50,203 nucleotides of DNA, taken from the NCBI GenBank assembly GCA_001687465.1, contig LVLI01000612.1, forward strand, positions 1-50,203, written 5' to 3'. Origin of the DNA: Halocafeteria seosinensis. Its lineage: Eukaryota. The notes under the pieces are model-generated. The model ran no database searches. It saw only the letters and a program-made list of their open reading frames with translations, and was not told the DNA's origin. This document shows positions 46,906 through 50,203 of this stretch, in pieces; the first letter of the stretch is position 1; each line of letters opens with the position of its first letter. The position numbers and the translations under genes are program-made.

Positions 46906-47839
46906 TGTGCAAAGGTAGTGTTCTTTGGAAACTCGAATAAAAGCAATTAGACAGCTACCAATTGGTTCGTTGTTGTGTCCTGTTGTACAACTCAAGGCAC
47001 CTGAATGGAATGACGTAGTTCAGTCAAACCAGCTAGCTTAATCTTATCTAAGATTTCAGTTGCCACCCGTAGCCGGGATCAGGCCGGTGGGTCGCAACGA
47101 GAACTGCCACCCTGGTCGCAACTTCCCCATGCACTCCATGTGCGCATGTGCCCATAATGCACCTCAAGAAAGAGACAGAGGTGAATATATAAGTTTAAGG
47201 AGGCAGTATGCACTCAACATTGGCTATTGCATAGCTTTCTCGTTGGGGTGGAGACCGCCAAACACACGATCTGGGTTCGAGCTTCACAGAACACTCTGAC
47301 CTTTTTTGTTCCCAGCGCGTTCCCGCCAAAAACATGCCACTCCCCGCCGAGAGCCCTGGCGAACAACACTCACCAGACCAACACTCGCAGCTGCAACCCT
47401 CCTGCCGAGACAATTAGTTTCAGATGTCGATGTTTCTCCGATGCTATTGTATGCGTCTAAGCTGGCACCGCAAGCACTCACCCCCAAAAGCAGAAGCATT
47501 CTCGGTTTCTTCCTCGGAAGAAGCAGAACACAGAACCCAACGGAACTCCGGTATCCAGCACCAGTGCTGCACCACCCCAGACCCACCGTGGCACCGCCGG
47601 TCCGCCGCCATCCAGTGTTGGTGGTGTTCGCCCGGACACCGTGGTGGAAGAAGCTATTGGAAGAAGCTACATCGGGTTCGACAGCGTGCTTGGTTTCGGA
47701 ACACGTTCATACTGTATGTGTTTCGTTCGATCGTTTAAGCTTCTTGCGCAGGATTAGTTGTCACCGGGGTAATTTACATCCTCCTCCTCTCCTCCAGGGT
47801 GACAAATTCCATCCAGTGCTGAGACTGAGATACCCAACG

Positions 47840-50203
47840 ATGAGGACCCTCGTGAGCACTATTGTGGTGGTTGTTACCACTTTGGTTGCGGCAGTGACAG
47901 CCACAGGTTTACATAATCAAGTTCCTTCGACGTAAGTCATCATGCATGCATGAAGGTATTCTAGAACGAGCACCTGGCCGCGTTTGGGGGGGTGGAAGTC
48001 AACATATGCACTGATGCAATTCGTAGCTATTTCCTGTTCATTGTAATTACGGCAACATTAAATTTTCGTTCTGCAGCGCACAAGAAAAAATTAAGTTTGA
48101 TAACAAACTGATGTACAACCACGACGACCGAATCGGAGAATGCGTCTCTTTTGACTTTAGCAACATTACGGCAAACAACGAGTTCACACTAGCTGTCAGA
48201 CCGGAAGATGGCGATCTCGCCATTGACAGGGAAACAATCATCAAGTACGTTGTTCGCAACTGCGACCTTGGTTCGTGTTTTTTGTGCGGCGGGTCACTCA
48301 AGAATATCCTTCGGCGCAGATCCGTTTACGAACCAGACGATGCAAGCGGCTGGTTTTGCGTGAACTTCGAAACCAATTTAAACAGTTTTGACTTTCAGTA
48401 CGTCTGGATCAAAGATGATCGCACTCATGCAGTGCTGGCCTCGGATTGCTCCGGTGAGGAGCCGCTGGCCATGTATCAGTCGGAAGCTGAGAGTAAGCGG
48501 GCCAGTGGACATCAAAGAGTTTCGTGTGCTAAAATACACGGGGGAGACTGTGGCTTGCAGATGCAATGTGTGGACAGATTCCGGAACCTTTTCGGTACGA
48601 GGCTTTATGAGGATGAAGTTGCATCTCAGGCTGGGTATATCAAATCGCTTCAACGTGGTCATGCAGACACCCCGGCTTTCGTTTCGGTGACCCGAATGAT
48701 GACTGTACATACGTCAATTTCGGTAACAATAATCCGGATGAGGGCGGTTCCTTGAGTGAGTTCTGCCGGCATTCGTGGGGACAACAAGTGTGCTACGAAG
48801 CCTCCCCTATCACGTGCGTATCTCATGGTTAAGAAGCGTACAAAGCATCTTAGTTCTCTCACGTATTCTTTGCTTAAACTTAGGCAGAAAGGTGAACTCT
48901 CTCCTTGGAGACGATGAAGCATGGACTTGTGTGGGTTTCCAACCTGAGCAAAGTGGTAGTAACTCGTTCGAGCTGTGGATGAACCCACCGGCGAGCAATA
49001 ATGCAAAGGCTTATCTCCGAGAAAATCCGGGGATGTCGACTTGTCAAGATAGTAACACGCCGAGCTCCAGCAAGGATGTTACTCGTATGTGAGATATTGA
49101 ATGCTTGGGAACACTCTTATCTTGTATCATCTGGTTTCGACCTGCCGTCTCACAGCCGGTGAAATGTGTCCAACCCTACCTGTCACGTAAGTACATTCGT
49201 TTCCACGAGTACCCAAGTATATGAATGATCTCTGGTTTGCCTCATTAGACAGGGAGGAAGAGCATTTCACTCAAGGCGGTGACTGCCATTCATTTGACTT
49301 CTCCGTTGCGATCTTTCCCACGGCTAGTTTCCGGTACTGCCTCGACACAAACGAAACTCAAAGTAAATGTCTCCCCGCGGACGTTAAGTAAGTGATATTA
49401 GTGTCAGAGTGGAGAGTGAAAGATGCGCATACTTTGATGAATGTGGAAACAAACAAACAAACGAACAGGGACATCCACAAAATCACGAACACTAGTGGCG
49501 ATTTCGTTCTATATTGTACACACTTTACATGGGGACAAGACGAGGCAGACACGTTCCTTTGGCTCAAGGATGACGGGTCAAATGTGCAGGCCGCAACCAA
49601 TAGTATGGGTTGTGAGGCAGTCATCGATGTGCCTCATGAGTTCGAGAACCTACAAGGTAAGCAAATAGGAACCAAACCTCATGCTTAGCAGCATAGACGC
49701 TTTCGTTCTTGTACAACCTGTACGCAGCTAATCGATGCCCGGGATTACCCTCAGCTGTTCAGTAAGTATCGGGATGCTTTAGTTTACGCGCCGGATCTCC
49801 ACTTGCGAATTTTGCTGGAGTTTTTCAGGACTTATATAAAGTTCAACGATTTTGACGGGAATTGCCGTTCGTTCAATTTTACGGGCAACCCGCCGGCTGG
49901 GGGGTCGACAGCTTCCAGGGTCCTTTACAGCCCCTTTGAGTATTGTCAGTACGGCGGGCTCAGAGATGATGGCGGTGCCGCACGTGCCTGTGACCTAAGT
50001 GCAACCGTCGAAACTATCCAGTGAGTTGGAATTTTCTTTACGTCGTTCGCTACTCGAACTTTACTAAAGTTAATTCATCGTTCCGTGCAACAGAATGGTT
50101 TCCGACGACTGGTATTGCATAAAGTACTCAAGTGATTTGGTACAGGATGACAATAATCATCTATGGGTAAACAGCGATGCATCGAAAGCTGTTCTGTCCT
50201 CTG
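47840..50203 (+). CDS. Paralogous signal-peptide repeat protein (gene B), divergently transcribed, 3' end outside the window
   Basis: Exon 1 (47840-47931) encodes MRTLVSTIVVVVTTLVAAVTATG. It continues ECVSFDF.., GWFCVNF..YVWIKDDRTHAVLASDC, AWTCVGF..LWMNP, LYCTHFTW..FLWLKDDGS and WYCIKY..HLWVNSDASKA, all in frame through GT-AG introns. Confidence 0.82.
49126..50203 (+). repeat. Right arm of long inverted repeat (partner 41194-42273)
   Basis: Similarity begins abruptly at ATCAT(C/T)TGGTTTCGACC inside an intron and continues to the window end. Confidence 0.97.

Noticed and set aside
47306..47839. 209-aa ORF extending gene B upstream
   Set aside because: It does not start with ATG and has low-information sequence. 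The ATG at 47840 gives a clean signal peptide that parallels gene A (MRTL..).
1..50203. CRISPR arrays, tRNA/rRNA genes, transposase, recombinase or reverse transcriptase ORFs
   Set aside because: None recognisable by eye. The sequence is eukaryotic and intron-containing.

Overview
Gene-dense eukaryotic nuclear DNA with short GT-AG introns (mostly about 60-80 nt). It probably comes from a flagellated protist (SAS6-like gene present); a stramenopile origin is only a guess. From 2.5 to 37.5 kb it holds mostly conserved genes: STRAP, ECH1, a rhodanese, THOC1, UFM1, RBM39, SAS6L, a 3442-aa BEACH protein, COMMD7 and mitochondrial aconitase. The same stretch carries two lineage-specific surface or secreted proteins, a ~2000-aa Cys-rich multi-TM protein and a frameshifted Gly-rich repeat protein. 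The first 1.2 kb has a nested palindrome and a MITE-like inverted repeat. The most unusual part is 37.8-50.2 kb. Two head-to-head, signal-peptide paralogues there are built from tandem copies of an unrecognised ~120-aa Cys/Trp/Phe domain, each copy usually encoded by three exons with conserved intron phases. The minus-strand gene has 7 intact domains. It is followed by a near-identical inverted copy of the plus-strand gene's downstream part: 5 more domains, a mucin stalk, a TM helix and an NPxY tail. That copy carries a 1-nt frameshift and a ~200-bp micro-inversion bounded by AACGAC/GTCGTT. The arrangement is a rearranging surface-protein locus in which recombination between the inverted arms would swap N-terminal domain sets. 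Exon boundaries were read by eye, and no database searches were run.
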